NCBI GenBank assembly: GCA_035221665.1 | Contig: CM069141.1 | Location: forward strand, 17,608,001 to 17,672,000 | Direction: 5' to 3' | Source of the DNA: Okamejei kenojei | Lineage: Eukaryota | DNA: 64,000 bases | Shown: positions 1-11,230 of the stretch, piece by piece | Layout: each line of letters starts with the position of its first letter | How positions within the stretch are numbered: the first letter of the stretch is position 1 | Position numbers and translations under genes: made by a program | The notes under the pieces: generated by a model | Told to the model about the DNA's origin: nothing | What the model saw: only the letters and a program-made list of their open reading frames with translations | Databases searched by the model: none

Positions 1-1464
1 TGTTGAGCTGCTGCTGCTTGTTACTGCTTCAGACAACCAAGGATGGAGGAGAAACCTAGAGACAAACCAGCACTGCCGTTCTACTCCTGGCCCATCGTTT
101 CCTCGTCCTTCACCTACTGCCTGTTGCCATGGCACTGTTCTTTTAATAGCTCCTGCCAAGTTCGCCTGCAAGGGGAATCCGGAGAGCTGTTGCCATCCCA
201 AGCACATCATAGCAGCATCCTCACATACACAACGGAGCATTTCATTAAATTAAATTGACCTTAGAAATGAAAATTAGAGCTTTTTGGCCGGCTAAAATGG
301 ATTCCAGGACGCTCCATAGTTTATCAGCTGCTATTTGTTTGTCAATACCCATGATCATGAGAAGTGCCTTTCATATCTGCAGTTTTTTAAATTATTTCTG
401 CCTCTGGGCCTCGGAAAGTGCACTGGCTGTGTTTTGTTCAATCTTTCCCCTCACCGTGTGCTCCCTTGTTGAGCAGTTGGATTACTCAGATTGGGCTCAG
501 AGGATGCCGGGTTTGATAATGGTTTTAACAGAACGCATTCAAAATTCCCCAGCCAAGCATCCTCTGGGCACTGTAAGTAAAGGAAAAAGCTGAGCTTAAT
601 TGCTTGGTTAACAGGAACCAATAAAAAAAAGATCTTTGTACAAAAACTAGTCATCCCTACTCGCCTAATTAATGCTGTGTACTTTCTAACAGTTTCTTTC
701 ACACGACAGTGCAGAAAATTGTGTGTGCATTAACCATCAAATAATACGCTAAGCAAATGCAACTAATCCAAAATTATTTTATTAACGGGTGACACATGGC
801 ATTATCAATCAGGGCCAACAGTAATCTTCTGATTGACATTCAGTCCTAATTCTACCAGAACAGCTTGGTCAGGGATTTTGAACACAGCCTTGATCTGGAT
901 ATAAATTGAACGTCACAAGAGACGTGAGTGACTCTCTTTGACATCAATCCAGAACGCAACCAGTTACAGCACCAGGTGCCTCTTACAAAAGAGTGATTTA
1001 TGAAGACGTATCAGACCGTGAGTGCTGCAGTCCAACTAATTTCAGCTGCATCTTTAATGACTTACTTTCCATCATAATGTCATATAATGGCGCTGTTCAC
1101 TGACGGTTTGGCGGCACTTCATTCCATTCACATCTTCTTCACTAATAAAGTCATCTTGTGCCAGCCCACAGCACAACCAAGCTTGTGCTCGCAAGCGACG
1201 ACAATCGCTTCTATTTGGATGTCACCTTTCTTCTGAGAAAAAAAAAAACCTTCCATGCATTTCAAGAATATTGCAGAACTAAAGGAGCAGAGATTAAAAT
1301 TGATGGGGAAAAGCTATGCTAAAGTGGTGGATTTTGAGGATTTTTAAGAACACGTTTAGGGAGGCCTAGTTGATGGGAGATATTGATGCTGTGATCAGGG
1401 GCAACAGGTTTAAGGTTTAAGCTGCGGGGTCAAGCAAATCTCTCGGCATGTAGACAAAGTGTAG

Positions 1465-2385
1465 GATACACTTAAGAGGGAAGTCAGGAGAGCGAAAGGA
1501 AGGCATGAGATGGATCTGACAGACAAGGTAAAGGAAAATCCCAAGAGAATCTACAGGGTGGAAAAGGGTGGCCAGGGAGAGAATAGGTCACCTTAAAAAG
1601 ATCTGTAAGGAATTGAGACAAATGAGTTGTCAAGTCTTGCACCATATACGAATTACCAAAGAGGAGGTGCTGGTGTGCTTAAAGTGCATTAAGGTGAATT
1701 AGTCTTCAGAGTCTGAGCAAGTGCTTGGACCTTGTGGCAAGCTAGGAATTGATGGTAGAAGATAGACACAAAATGCTGGGGTAACTCAACGGGTCAGGTA
1801 GCATCTCAGGGGGAAATGATTGTAAAGGACTTGCAGAGATACTTGCTTCATGTTTAGCCACAGATGAAGTTCCACAAGGCTGGAGGGTGGCTAATGTTGA
1901 ACCGTTATTTAAGAAGGGCCGCAGGGAGATGCGAAGGAAGTACAGGCCGGTGGGCCTGACTTCAGTCGTCGGTTTGTTACAAGTGGCGATTCTGAGGGGC
2001 AGAATCTACCATAGTTTAGTTTAGTTTAGAGATACAGCGCCGTATCAGGCCCTTTGGCCCACCAAGTGCGCACCGACCAGCACTCCCCGCATATGAACAC
2101 TATCCTGCACACACTAGGGCCAATTTACACATACTCCAAGCCATTTAACCTACATACCTGTACGTCTTTGGAGTGTGGGAGGAAACTGAAGATCTCGGAG
2201 AAAACCCACGGGGTCATGGGGCAAACGTACACACTCTGTACAGACAGCGCCCGTAGTCGGATGGAACCCGGGTCTCCGGCGCTGCAAGTGCTGTAAGGCA
2301 ACAGCTTTTGCCGCTGCGCCACCGTGACAAGGATTGATGAGGGTAGCCAGAAGGGATTTGTGCTTAGGAAACATTGCATTACTGA
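1465..2385 (+). mobile_element. Degenerate CR1 LINE ORF2 fragment, interrupted by a Penelope-derived piece and a SINE
   Basis: Translates in pieces to LKREVRRAKGRHEMDLTDKVKENPKRIY and WRVANVEPLFKKG...KYRPVGLTSVVG, matching the CR1 at 12-17 kb. Confidence 0.8.
2012..2328 (-). mobile_element. tRNA-derived V-domain SINE (HE1-like)
   Basis: Minus strand: tRNA-like head, V-domain-like core (ttcctcccacactccaaagacgtacagg), CR1-like 3' stem, (ctaaa)n tail. Confidence 0.85.
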
Positions 2386-2435
2386 TCGGTTAGTTCCCTT
2401 TTGTGTTCACTGAGAATGAACATTTTGCTGGAGAA

Positions 2436-2672
2436 TTCAGTTTAGTTCAGTTTAGTTTCTCGTCACGTGTACCGAGGCACAGTGAAAAACATTGTCGCAC
2501 GCTAACCAGTCAGCAGAAAGACAAAACATGATTACAATCAAGCCATTTATAGTTTATAGATACATGATAAGGGAATAACGTTTAGCGGAAAGTAAAGCCA
2601 GCAAAGTCTGATAGTCCGAGGATCACCAATAAGGTAGATAGTAGTTCAGCACTGCTCTCTGGTTGTGGAAGG
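2436..2672 (-). mobile_element. 3' tail fragment of an L2/Rex-type LINE
   Basis: ctgactggttagcg...ttcactgtgcctcggtacacgtgac plus (aactaa/aactga)n tail; same tail at about 8782-8855(+), 41093-41180(-) and 50077-50185(-). Confidence 0.6.
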
Positions 2673-2689
2673 AGGTTTTGTTAATAATA

Positions 2690-3415
2690 GGAACAATTTA
2701 TCATTAAAAAGGACACATTAGATGTCTTGTCGAGGAAGGAACTGCAGATGCTGGTTATACCAAAGATAGACACAAAATGTGGGAGTAACTCAGCGGGTGA
2801 GGCAGCATCTCTGGAGAAATGGGATTTCAGGTTGGAACCCTTCTTCAGACTATTAGATGTCTTAACAGCCTTAAGGAGGGATAAATCCCCAGGGCCTAGT
2901 GAGGTGTATCATAGGCTGCTATAAGAGACAAGGGGAGCGATTACTGGGGGACTGCCAGAGATTTTTAATTCCTGGCTAACTACAGGTGAGGTGCCTGAAG
3001 GTAGCTAATGTAATGCCTTTATTCAGGATGGACAGTGCGTTAAGGCAGTTAATTACAGGTCATGGTCTGTAGGTCAATATTGATGTGATGGTAAAGTGAG
3101 CTGGATAACAGCAGATGGAACTTAATCATGAAAAATGTGAGGGGAGTGATTTGGAAGGACTAATAAAGGCAGGAAATACACAATGAAAGGTAAGGTTCTT
3201 GAAGGAACAGAGGGGCCACAGTGTGCATGTTCAAGAATTCCTGAAGGTGACAGCGCTGGTAAATTGAAGATGTGGGATTGTGGCCTTCATTATCTTGGGC
3301 ACGGAGGTTATGCTACAATGTTATAATATTAGTTAGACCACAGCTGGAGAACTGTGTGCATTTTTGGTCTCCATAATATAGGAAAGATGTGATTGAATTG
3401 CAGAGGGTGTTAAAT
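2690..3415 (+). mobile_element. Degenerate CR1 ORF2 (RT region)
   Basis: LDVLTALRRDKSPGPSEVY, WQMELN.EKCE and LVRPQLENCVHFWSP-like motifs with stops. Confidence 0.75.
2729..2851 (-). mobile_element. Short Penelope-derived element with degenerate hammerhead core
   Basis: 12-bp TSD attagatgtctt at 2717-2728 and 2852-2863; minus strand begins agtctgaagaagggttccaacctgaaa. Confidence 0.85.
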
Positions 3416-4184
3416 GGATTCAATCAATCAGTTTTATTCGTCACTTGCACAAAAAGAAAACACAAAAACACATAAAAAATTTAACACAAACATCCACCAC
3501 AGCATTCATCACTGTGGTGGAAGGCACACAATTTGGCCAGTCCTCCTCCATTTTCCCCCGTGGTCCGGACCTCAACCCACCGCAGCTGTCGCTGCGGGTG
3601 TCTAGATGAGTAGACAGGTAAAAGTCCAGGTAAGTCCAGAATCGGTGCCTCCCTACCGGAGACCGCGGCTTCAGGTTGGTGTAGGCCGCAGGCCGGCGGT
3701 CGAAGATTTAAAGCTCCCGCGCCGCAGCCAGAAGCACTGCAGACTGCAGGGCCAGCGGTCAGAGCTCCCCTCCAGGGGTTCCCGGCAAGCGACTCCGCTC
3801 CTGGTGGTAAGTCCCCACCGCGCCCGCGGTAGAAGTAGGCCGCGAGTAGAAGTAGGCGGTCGGAGCTCTTCTCCTCCGGGTCCCCAACGAGGGATCCCAG
3901 GCCCAGGATGCTGCGCCAGCTGGAGCTCTGTAGACCGCGGCTTCAGGCTGCCGCGGGCGAGCGAACAGAGCGCTCCCCTCCGGCGAGCCCCGGCGAGGGC
4001 TCGCCCACGCCTTGACGAGAGTCCACGCTGCGCCCGCTGCTGAAGCCCCGGGCACATCTCTGGGAAAGGCCGCACCGATCCTCGATGTTAGGCCACGGGG
4101 GAGGCGACATGGAAAAAGTCGCCTCTCCGTGGAGGAGGCAACCGAAGCTGGTTTCCCCCTTACCGCCCATCTTAAGCATCTTGA
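3416..4184 (-). mobile_element. GC-rich non-autonomous retroposon with LINE-type tail
   Basis: Minus strand starts caagatgcttaagatgggcgg, has a CpG-rich body and ends gtgacgaataaaac(tgat)n; no RT coding. Confidence 0.6.
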
Positions 4185-4364
4185 CAAGCTTTTGTATCAC
4201 CAAAGCATAGAAGCCAAGGGCCAAGAGCTTGAAAATAGGACTGGGACTGATGTGTACACGATAGTTGCCATGGACATAATGGACTGAGCGGCCTTTTTCC
4301 GTGCTCTGGAACCATATCATGGATCCAGCACGCTATCTGAGATGGGACAGTCAAAGCCTGATGA

Positions 4365-4645
4365 GTGATAGGTGGATACGGGCGAGGGTTTATCTACCTA
4401 TCACTGGCCAGGCTTCGTCCTGCCCCTCCTCTCTTCCAGCTTTCACCTCTCCCCCCTAAACTATCAGTCTGAAGAAGGATCCCGACCCAACCCGCCCCGA
4501 CTGGGCTGTAAAACGGCAGATTGCATTGAACTTGGACACCAAGGACATCACCTATCCATGTTCACGAGAATTGCTGCCTCACCCGCTGAGTTACTCCAGC
4601 ACTTAGTGCCTTTTTTCTGTAAATCGGCATCTTGCATCTCGTCTA
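4365..4645 (+). mobile_element. Penelope terminal-repeat fragment
   Basis: cagtctgaagaaggatcccgaccc ... gctgcctcacccgctgagttactccagcac. Confidence 0.75.
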
Positions 4646-4960
4646 TGCTCTGTCTCTCAATTCTTCAGTAGGACTGCCGGTCAGATCTACCTCTGACATC
4701 TGAAGAGTAGGCAGAGGATAGCCACCAACTCAATAGAGCTGTTAGCTAAAGGTAGAGGCCAACTCACACCAATTAACTGTGTCAAAGCCATTAGTTTAAG
4801 TATGTGAATCAATGCTTTGAGATTAAATCAATGAAATTCTTTACTATATATCGACTCGACACACCTTACATTGGGTGCAACATAGCAAATGCCTCTGCTT
4901 CCAGAATTACGCCCTGTAAATTATTTAATTACAGTGAATGAATGTAGTTAGTGATATCGG

Positions 4961-5182
4961 TTCATCCAGAGAGTTGTGAATCTGTGGAATTCTTCGCCAC
5001 AGAATGCAGTGGAGGCCAATTCACGATAGAGTTAGATTTAGGGCTAAAGGAATCAACGGATATGGGGAAAAATACAGAACGGGGTACTGGTTTTGGATTA
5101 TGAGCCATGATCATATTGAATGGCAGTTCTGGGTCGAAGGGCTGAATGGCCACCTCCTGCACCTATTTTCCATGTCTATGTC
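4961..5182 (+). mobile_element. CR1 3' end
   Basis: cagagagttgtgaatctgtggaattc ... aatggccacctcctgcacctatttt tail; matches 9770-9998. Confidence 0.8.
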
Positions 5183-5509
5183 TAAGTATACATGGTGCTA
5201 TCATCCCTTTTAACAAAGCACAAAACCTATTATATTCATCATAAATGTACATTTCTAAAAAGGCTGACTTTCCAAATAAGATAAACATTTTGAAACAATA
5301 AAAGTGTTCAACTTTTAAACTGAAATAATGTTTTTCGTAACCAATATTTGCAGTTTCATTTCATAGTGTTACAGAAAGAATTGAAGCTTGACTTTTATCA
5401 GAAAGTTTCACCCACTTTTATCAGAAAAATAAAATAGACACCAAAATTGGTGGTGGAGTGTACAGTGAATATGTCAACAGGATTTAGAACAAGTGCAAAA
5501 CTGGGCTGA

Positions 5510-6693
5510 TTAAGGTGAGAGGAGAAAAGTTTAAAGGTCACAAGGTCACTAGTGATAGGAGCAGAATTAGGCCATTCGGCCCATCAAGTTTACTCCGCCG
5601 TTCAATCCAGGCTGATCTATCTCTCCCCCCTATCCCCATTCCCCTGCCTTTTCCCCATAACCCCTGACATCCATACTAATCAAGGGAAACTGAGGGACTC
5701 CAAAGGGTGGTGGGTGTGAAATAAGCTGCCAGTGGAAGGGGCGAGAGGGATACAACTATAATGCTTAAAATATATTTCGGTAGGTACGTGGATAGGAAGG
5801 GTTAGGAGGGATATGGGGCAAACCTAGACAAAAGGGACTAACTCAGGTAGACAGCTAGGTCTGCATGGATGAATTGTGTCGAAGGGCCTGTTTCTGAACG
5901 GTATAACTCTATGCATCTAAGTGTTGCATTTTGATAAGTTAAGCTAGGACACAACTTGCTCACGAAATAGCAGGGCCTTAGTGAGTGCTGTACCACAGAG
6001 AGTCCAGGAGGTTCAAGTCCATAGATTCCTGAGAATGGCAACAAAGGAGGACGGGGTGGTGAAGAAGGCGTTTGGCGAATTTGTCTTCATGAGTCAAAAC
6101 ATTCAGTGCAAGAATCCAGATGTCATGTTACAACTGTACAAGACGTTAATTAAATCGCTATTGGAGTACCTTGTACAGTTCTCGTCAGCAAGCCACAGGA
6201 ATTATCTCATTAAGCTGGTAAAGTTGTAGAAATGATTCACAAGGATGTTACTGGGACTTGAGTGCTTGAGCTACAAGGACAAATTGGATAAACTATTGAT
6301 TTAGACTATTCAGGGACTATTTCCCTGGAGCACAGGAGGCTGAGGGGTGACCTTACAGAGGTATATGAAATCATGAGGGGTCAATCTTTTTCCCAGAGTA
6401 GGAGAGTCTAAAACTAGAGGACATAAGCTTAAGGTAAGATGGGAAATATTTAAAATGAAACAGTTTTTACACAGTGTGTGATGGGTGTGTTGAACGAGTT
6501 GCTAGAGGAAGTGGTGGAGAAGGGTACAATTACAATGTTTAAAAGTCATTGAGACAGGTACACTGACAGGAATTGTTTGGAGTGATATGCATCAAACGTA
6601 GCCAAACAGGACCAGTTCATTTAGACAACTTGGCCAGCATGGATGAGTTGGGCCAAAGGGACTCTTTCCGTGCTCTGCAATTCTACGACTCTA
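5510..6693 (+). mobile_element. Cluster of CR1 3' fragments, with one minus-strand tail at about 5535-5685
   Basis: VVKKAFG...VMLQLYKTLIKSLLEYLVQF (ORF 5981-6229) and CR1 3' UTR stems. Confidence 0.8.
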
Positions 6694-7911
6694 TTGTATT
6701 ATTATAATAACATTACCAGGATTTGCAACATTATAGAGAATGGGGGTAATATTAACATAAAAAATAATATGAATGGAAAAAGTCACCTTATTCATATGAC
6801 CTTATGAGAAGACTTAAGATCAGAAATCCTTTACATATTCCACTTCCTCTGTAATTTAAATGAGAGATTTGTCTGGCACCAATTTTGCCTCCAGATTCCA
6901 AATACTATGTCAGAAGAAAATTCTGACAAAGTGAATTGGAAGCTCGCAAATAACCCACAAAAAACTAAAGGTCCTTTTTATATTGAGCATTTCACAACAG
7001 CAAGATAAGCACCACAAGCCCACTGCTTCAATGCAATTGATGTTATTTCAGTCACAAAAACACCCTGTACTACAGCACAAATAAAAGAACGAGCAGATTA
7101 CAGTCAATTAGAATTAAAATAACTTTAAATACCTTTGAAATTGCAAAACAGCTTCAAATTAGATACTCTGGAGGTTTAAATTAATGAAATCCTTTGAAAA
7201 TTGCTTCTTAGGCAGACAAATATATACCACGAATTGAATAAACCAAATTATGCACTGAAATAAAGTACAAATGAGAAAGATGATAAATATTTTGGTTTTT
7301 TTTTGGATGCTAAAATAGACCAAGCTCTGGTTTTGCTTTTCAAATCACTGTCAATAATGGCGTTTCATCAATTATGCGCTGAATATCCTGTAATCTGAAA
7401 ATGAGACACAGTTAATAAAAATGTTTGAAGAATCTGCAGAAGCAAGCATTAATTACAACCACCAACACTAAATAATCATTTTAGTCTTCACACGGCATAA
7501 ATTTAAAAAGCAATTATTCATATTAAATGCAATAAAATTTCTATCTCGATAAGTATCAAAACACTGGATATGAATATTTTCTTGAAGAGCATTAACATTC
7601 CAAAGACAAAATGCAATCGGTGGCAATTGATCATATTTTATGCGGAAAAAATTCTGTGAACAAATTTTAAATGAACTTGACTAAGTATGAAGGTTATTTC
7701 AAGTAAATAATCTATTGCAATTTTTGTCACTAATTAAAACATCATGGGCATATAATCTTGACAACAGCCATAATGCCAGTGGTGAGGTGGCGATAAGTGG
7801 GATAACGTTCATTGCTCTAAAAGGTATGGGTTGATAAATGAAATTAGTGTAGATTTATGCAACGCAAATTGATTTGGACATTGCAGTGCACCGATAATCT
7901 CTTTGGTTCGC

Positions 7912-8293
7912 AAAAGGACACAAAGTGCTGGAGTAACTCAGCGGGTTAGGCAGCATCTCTGGGAAACGTAGATAAGTGATGTTTTAGATTAGGACCTGTT
8001 TCAGTGCAGGTTGATTGTAGGGGGAAGAGGGATGAAAGCTGGAAGAGAGAGGCAGGACAAAGCGTGGCAGGTAATAACTGGACACAGATGATTATTTTTT
8101 TTGATATGCAGATGATTAAAACAAAAGGTATGAGACAGACCTTCTCCCCACCCCACCCTTACAATTAGCCTGAAGGGTTCCAACCCGAAACGCCAACTAT
8201 TCATGTTCTCCAGAGATGCTGTCTGACCCATTGAGTTACACCAGTACTTTTTGTCCTTTTGTGTAGACCAGCATCTGCAGTTCCTTGTTTCTA
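7912..8293. mobile_element. Penelope-derived terminal repeats in inverted arrangement
   Basis: gctggagtaactcagcggg..ggcagcatctctgg near 7927 and its reverse complement near 8210-8245; cctgaagggttccaacccgaaacg at 8169-8192. Confidence 0.75.
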
Positions 8294-8960
8294 CTCAACA
8301 GTGCTTTATTGGTCACATTTGCAGCTGCACAGTAACATTCTTTTTACATATTTAGGTTCTGCCAAGTTTTGGTGCCTTTTCCATATTTCCAAAGTCCAGT
8401 CTGCCTGTGCGCTCGTTCCACTGGAGCAGTTCCCGATCCTGGTAAGCCGCAGGCTCTGCAAAGCCTCCTCTGTCGCCCTCGCCCTGCGAACCGATGTCTC
8501 TCTCTTCGCCCGGCCATCTTTGTGTCCCAAGAGTGCTTCCAGCAGCCGACGTTGAAGGCGCTGGAAGCATTACCCTGGTTCACCCTCGTACCGGCCCTTG
8601 CTTCTCGTGTCCAGCATCTCCAGCGACTCCCTCTCAGTTCAGATGATCAGGGGAATGAGGAACAGTGGTGGGAGATATGAGTTTGAATCAACAGTTAGCT
8701 CAGTGTCTGGTGTGTAAATTTGATTGATGATCAGGACTAATATATAGGATTGTTGGGAAATCATGAAATCATGTGTTTTCTTTCCGTTGACTGGTTAGCA
8801 CGCAACAAAACTTTTCACTGTACTGCGATACATGTGACAGTGAGCTAAACTGAATGTGATGTGAGTAGGTGAGTGTGGCAGTGGGTGAGGGCTGGAATAG
8901 CTAGAGCCCATCACTTTGAATCTCACTTTCTTGAAAGAGTTTGGTGGCTGGCTGACTGTT

Positions 8961-9010
8961 GGGGGTGGGGGTGGGGGTGGGGGGGGGTGGGGGGGGGGGG
9001 GGGGGGGGGG
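8961..9010. repeat. G-rich tract, (GGGGGT)n/poly-G
   Basis: Directly visible. Confidence 0.9.
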
Positions 9011-9191
9011 ACAGACAGGTTTTGAGTAGCAACAAACTCAATTTTTGTTTAGCGATGATATATGGGACTAATTGCAAAAACAATCTGCTAATTGTAGCCC
9101 ACCGAGTGACCCAACGAGAGTGTGTAACAGGAAGTGTGATTCAGTGGAGTGGAAAGGAAGAGAAGGATGAAGGATAAGTATGGGACTTTAT

Positions 9192-9998
9192 AGATAAATG
9201 TGACGTTGTCCACTTTGGTGGCAAAAACAAGGGGGCAGATTATTATCTCAATGGGGTTAGGTTAGGTAAGGGAGAGGTGCAGCGAGACCTGGGTGTCCTT
9301 GTACACCAGTCACTGAAAGTTGGCGTGCAGGTACAGCAGGCAGTGAAGAAAGCTAATGGAATGTTGGCCTTCATAACAAGAGGATTTCAGTATAGGAGTA
9401 GAGAGGTTCTTCTGCAGTTGTATAGGGCACTGGTAAGACCACATCTGGAGTATTGCATACAATTTTGGTCTTCTAATTTGAGAAAGGACATCCTTGTGAT
9501 TGAAGCAGTGCAGCGTAGGTTCACGAGATTGATCCCTGGGATGGCGGGACTGTCATATGAGGAAAGATTGAAAAGACTAGGCTTCACTGGAGTTTAGAAG
9601 GATGAGGGGGATCTTATAGAAACATATAAAATTATAAAAAGGAGTGGACAAGCTAGATGCAGGAAAAATGTTCCCAATGTTGGGCGAGTCCAGAACCAGG
9701 GGCCACAGTCTAAAGGGGAATAAAGGGGAGGCCATTTAAGACTGAGGTGAGGAAAAACATTTTCACCCAGAGAGTTGTGAATTTGTGGAATATGAAAATA
9801 GGGCAGTGGAGGCCAAATCACTGGATGGATTTAAGAGAGAGTTAGATAGAGCTCTAGGGGCTAGTGGAATCAAGGGATATGGGGGAAGGCAGGCACGGGT
9901 TATTGATTGGGGACGATCAGCCATGATCACAATGAATGGCGGTGTTGGCACAAAGGACCGAATGGCCTCCTCCTGCACCTATTTTCTATGTTTCTATG
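9192..9998 (+). mobile_element. 5'-truncated CR1 LINE
   Basis: ORF 9277-9597 QRDLGVLVHQSLK...LVRPHLEYCIQFWS; tail tttctatgtttctatg. Confidence 0.9.
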
Positions 9999-10169
9999 TT
10001 TAATGGGATCTCTATCTGAGATGTTGCCTGTCCCGCTAAGTTACTCCAGCATTTTGCCTTGGAAAGGTGCAACAATTTTATTTTGCAGAATACATTGCAC
10101 CAACTGTCTCACAAGTAGAACCAAGCGAACTGTGACATAGTTTGTGCCTGGCTCAGAAATCAAACAAGT

Positions 10170-10312
10170 CATAGTTTATGGGGAGAAGGCAGGAGAATGA
10201 GGTTAGGAGGGAGAGATAGATCAGTCATTATTGAATGGCGGAGTAAACTTGATGGGCTGAATGGCCTAATTCTGCTCCTATCGCTTATGATCTTATGGTC
10301 TTATGTTCTTAT
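10170..10312 (+). mobile_element. CR1 3' tail
   Basis: gatgggctgaatggcctaattctgctcctat followed by (cttatgn)n. Confidence 0.75.
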
Positions 10313-10418
10313 GAAGTCAAATGCCAGGAAGCACTCAATCAAATTCCAGACTGAAATGAAAGGACCCAGAAATTAGCATTTTCATGTTTTGCTCTGAAGT
10401 CAGTTTCTAATTAATTGT

Positions 10419-10630
10419 AGAAACTGCAGATACTGGTTTACAAAAGACAGCGAGTGCAGCAGTAGCTCAGTGGGTCAGGCAGCATCTTAAGAGAACATGG
10501 ATAGATGACTTTTCGGGTCAGGACGCTTCTTCAGACTGAAGAAAGGCCCCGGCCCGAAACATCACCTCTCCTTTTTTCTCTTTGAAATGCTGGCTGACCT
10601 GCCAAAGTACTCCAACACTGTGTCTTCTCC
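10419..10630. mobile_element. Head-to-head Penelope-derived element with two hammerhead-like cores
   Basis: 10-bp TSD aattaattgt at 10409-10418 and 10631-10640; centre cttcttcag-a-ctgaagaa. Confidence 0.85.
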
Positions 10631-11097
10631 AATTAATTGTGCTTACTCAACCAACAGAGTTCTGTTATGTGTCCATAAGCAGAAAGATGCTGCTCTGTAT
10701 GAAAGTATTGTGCTTCTATTTGGAGAGGAGATTGATATAGTGTGGCGTGCTGTGCAGAGCAACCTAACATTGTCAGCTATTCGTTCTGCACCAATTGCTT
10801 AATGATTCAGCATATGTATAGTTTTAAGCGTGCTGCCAGCAAATAAACCATAATCTCTTTGCCTCAATGCATTTGTGAAGAATCGCAAATTGGCATGAGG
10901 ATAGCGGTTTTGCTTGTTCAAAGAACTGATGACTCTCGCTTGGCAAGTTTTGGTCGAATTTGCGACACCAAACATATATTTTTCAATGTTTTCTTTTACA
11001 CGTAATCTTGTTCATCGAAGTCCTCTGCGTGTATCATTGGGTGTGTAACACAGAAAGCCATAATACCAAGAGGCAGTCATTGATCTATCCGTAAGAT

Positions 11098-11230
11098 CAT
11101 AAGACATGGGAGCAGAATTAAGCCATCGAGTCATGTCCGCCATTCAATTATGGTTGATCTATATTTCCCTCTCAACCCCATTCTCCTGTCTTCTGCCCGT
11201 AACCTTTGACAACCTTACTAATCAAGAATC
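11098..11230 (-). mobile_element. CR1 3' tail
   Basis: Reverse complement of the tail at 10170-10312. Confidence 0.7.

Noticed and set aside
43-593. 71-aa and 112-aa ORFs at the window start
   Set aside because: No recognisable domain or convincing splice context
3606-4320. Arg/Pro-rich ORFs of 125-145 aa, similar to those at 41.6-42.2 kb and 46.8-47.4 kb
   Set aside because: Stop-poor GC-rich repeat sequence, not conserved between family copies
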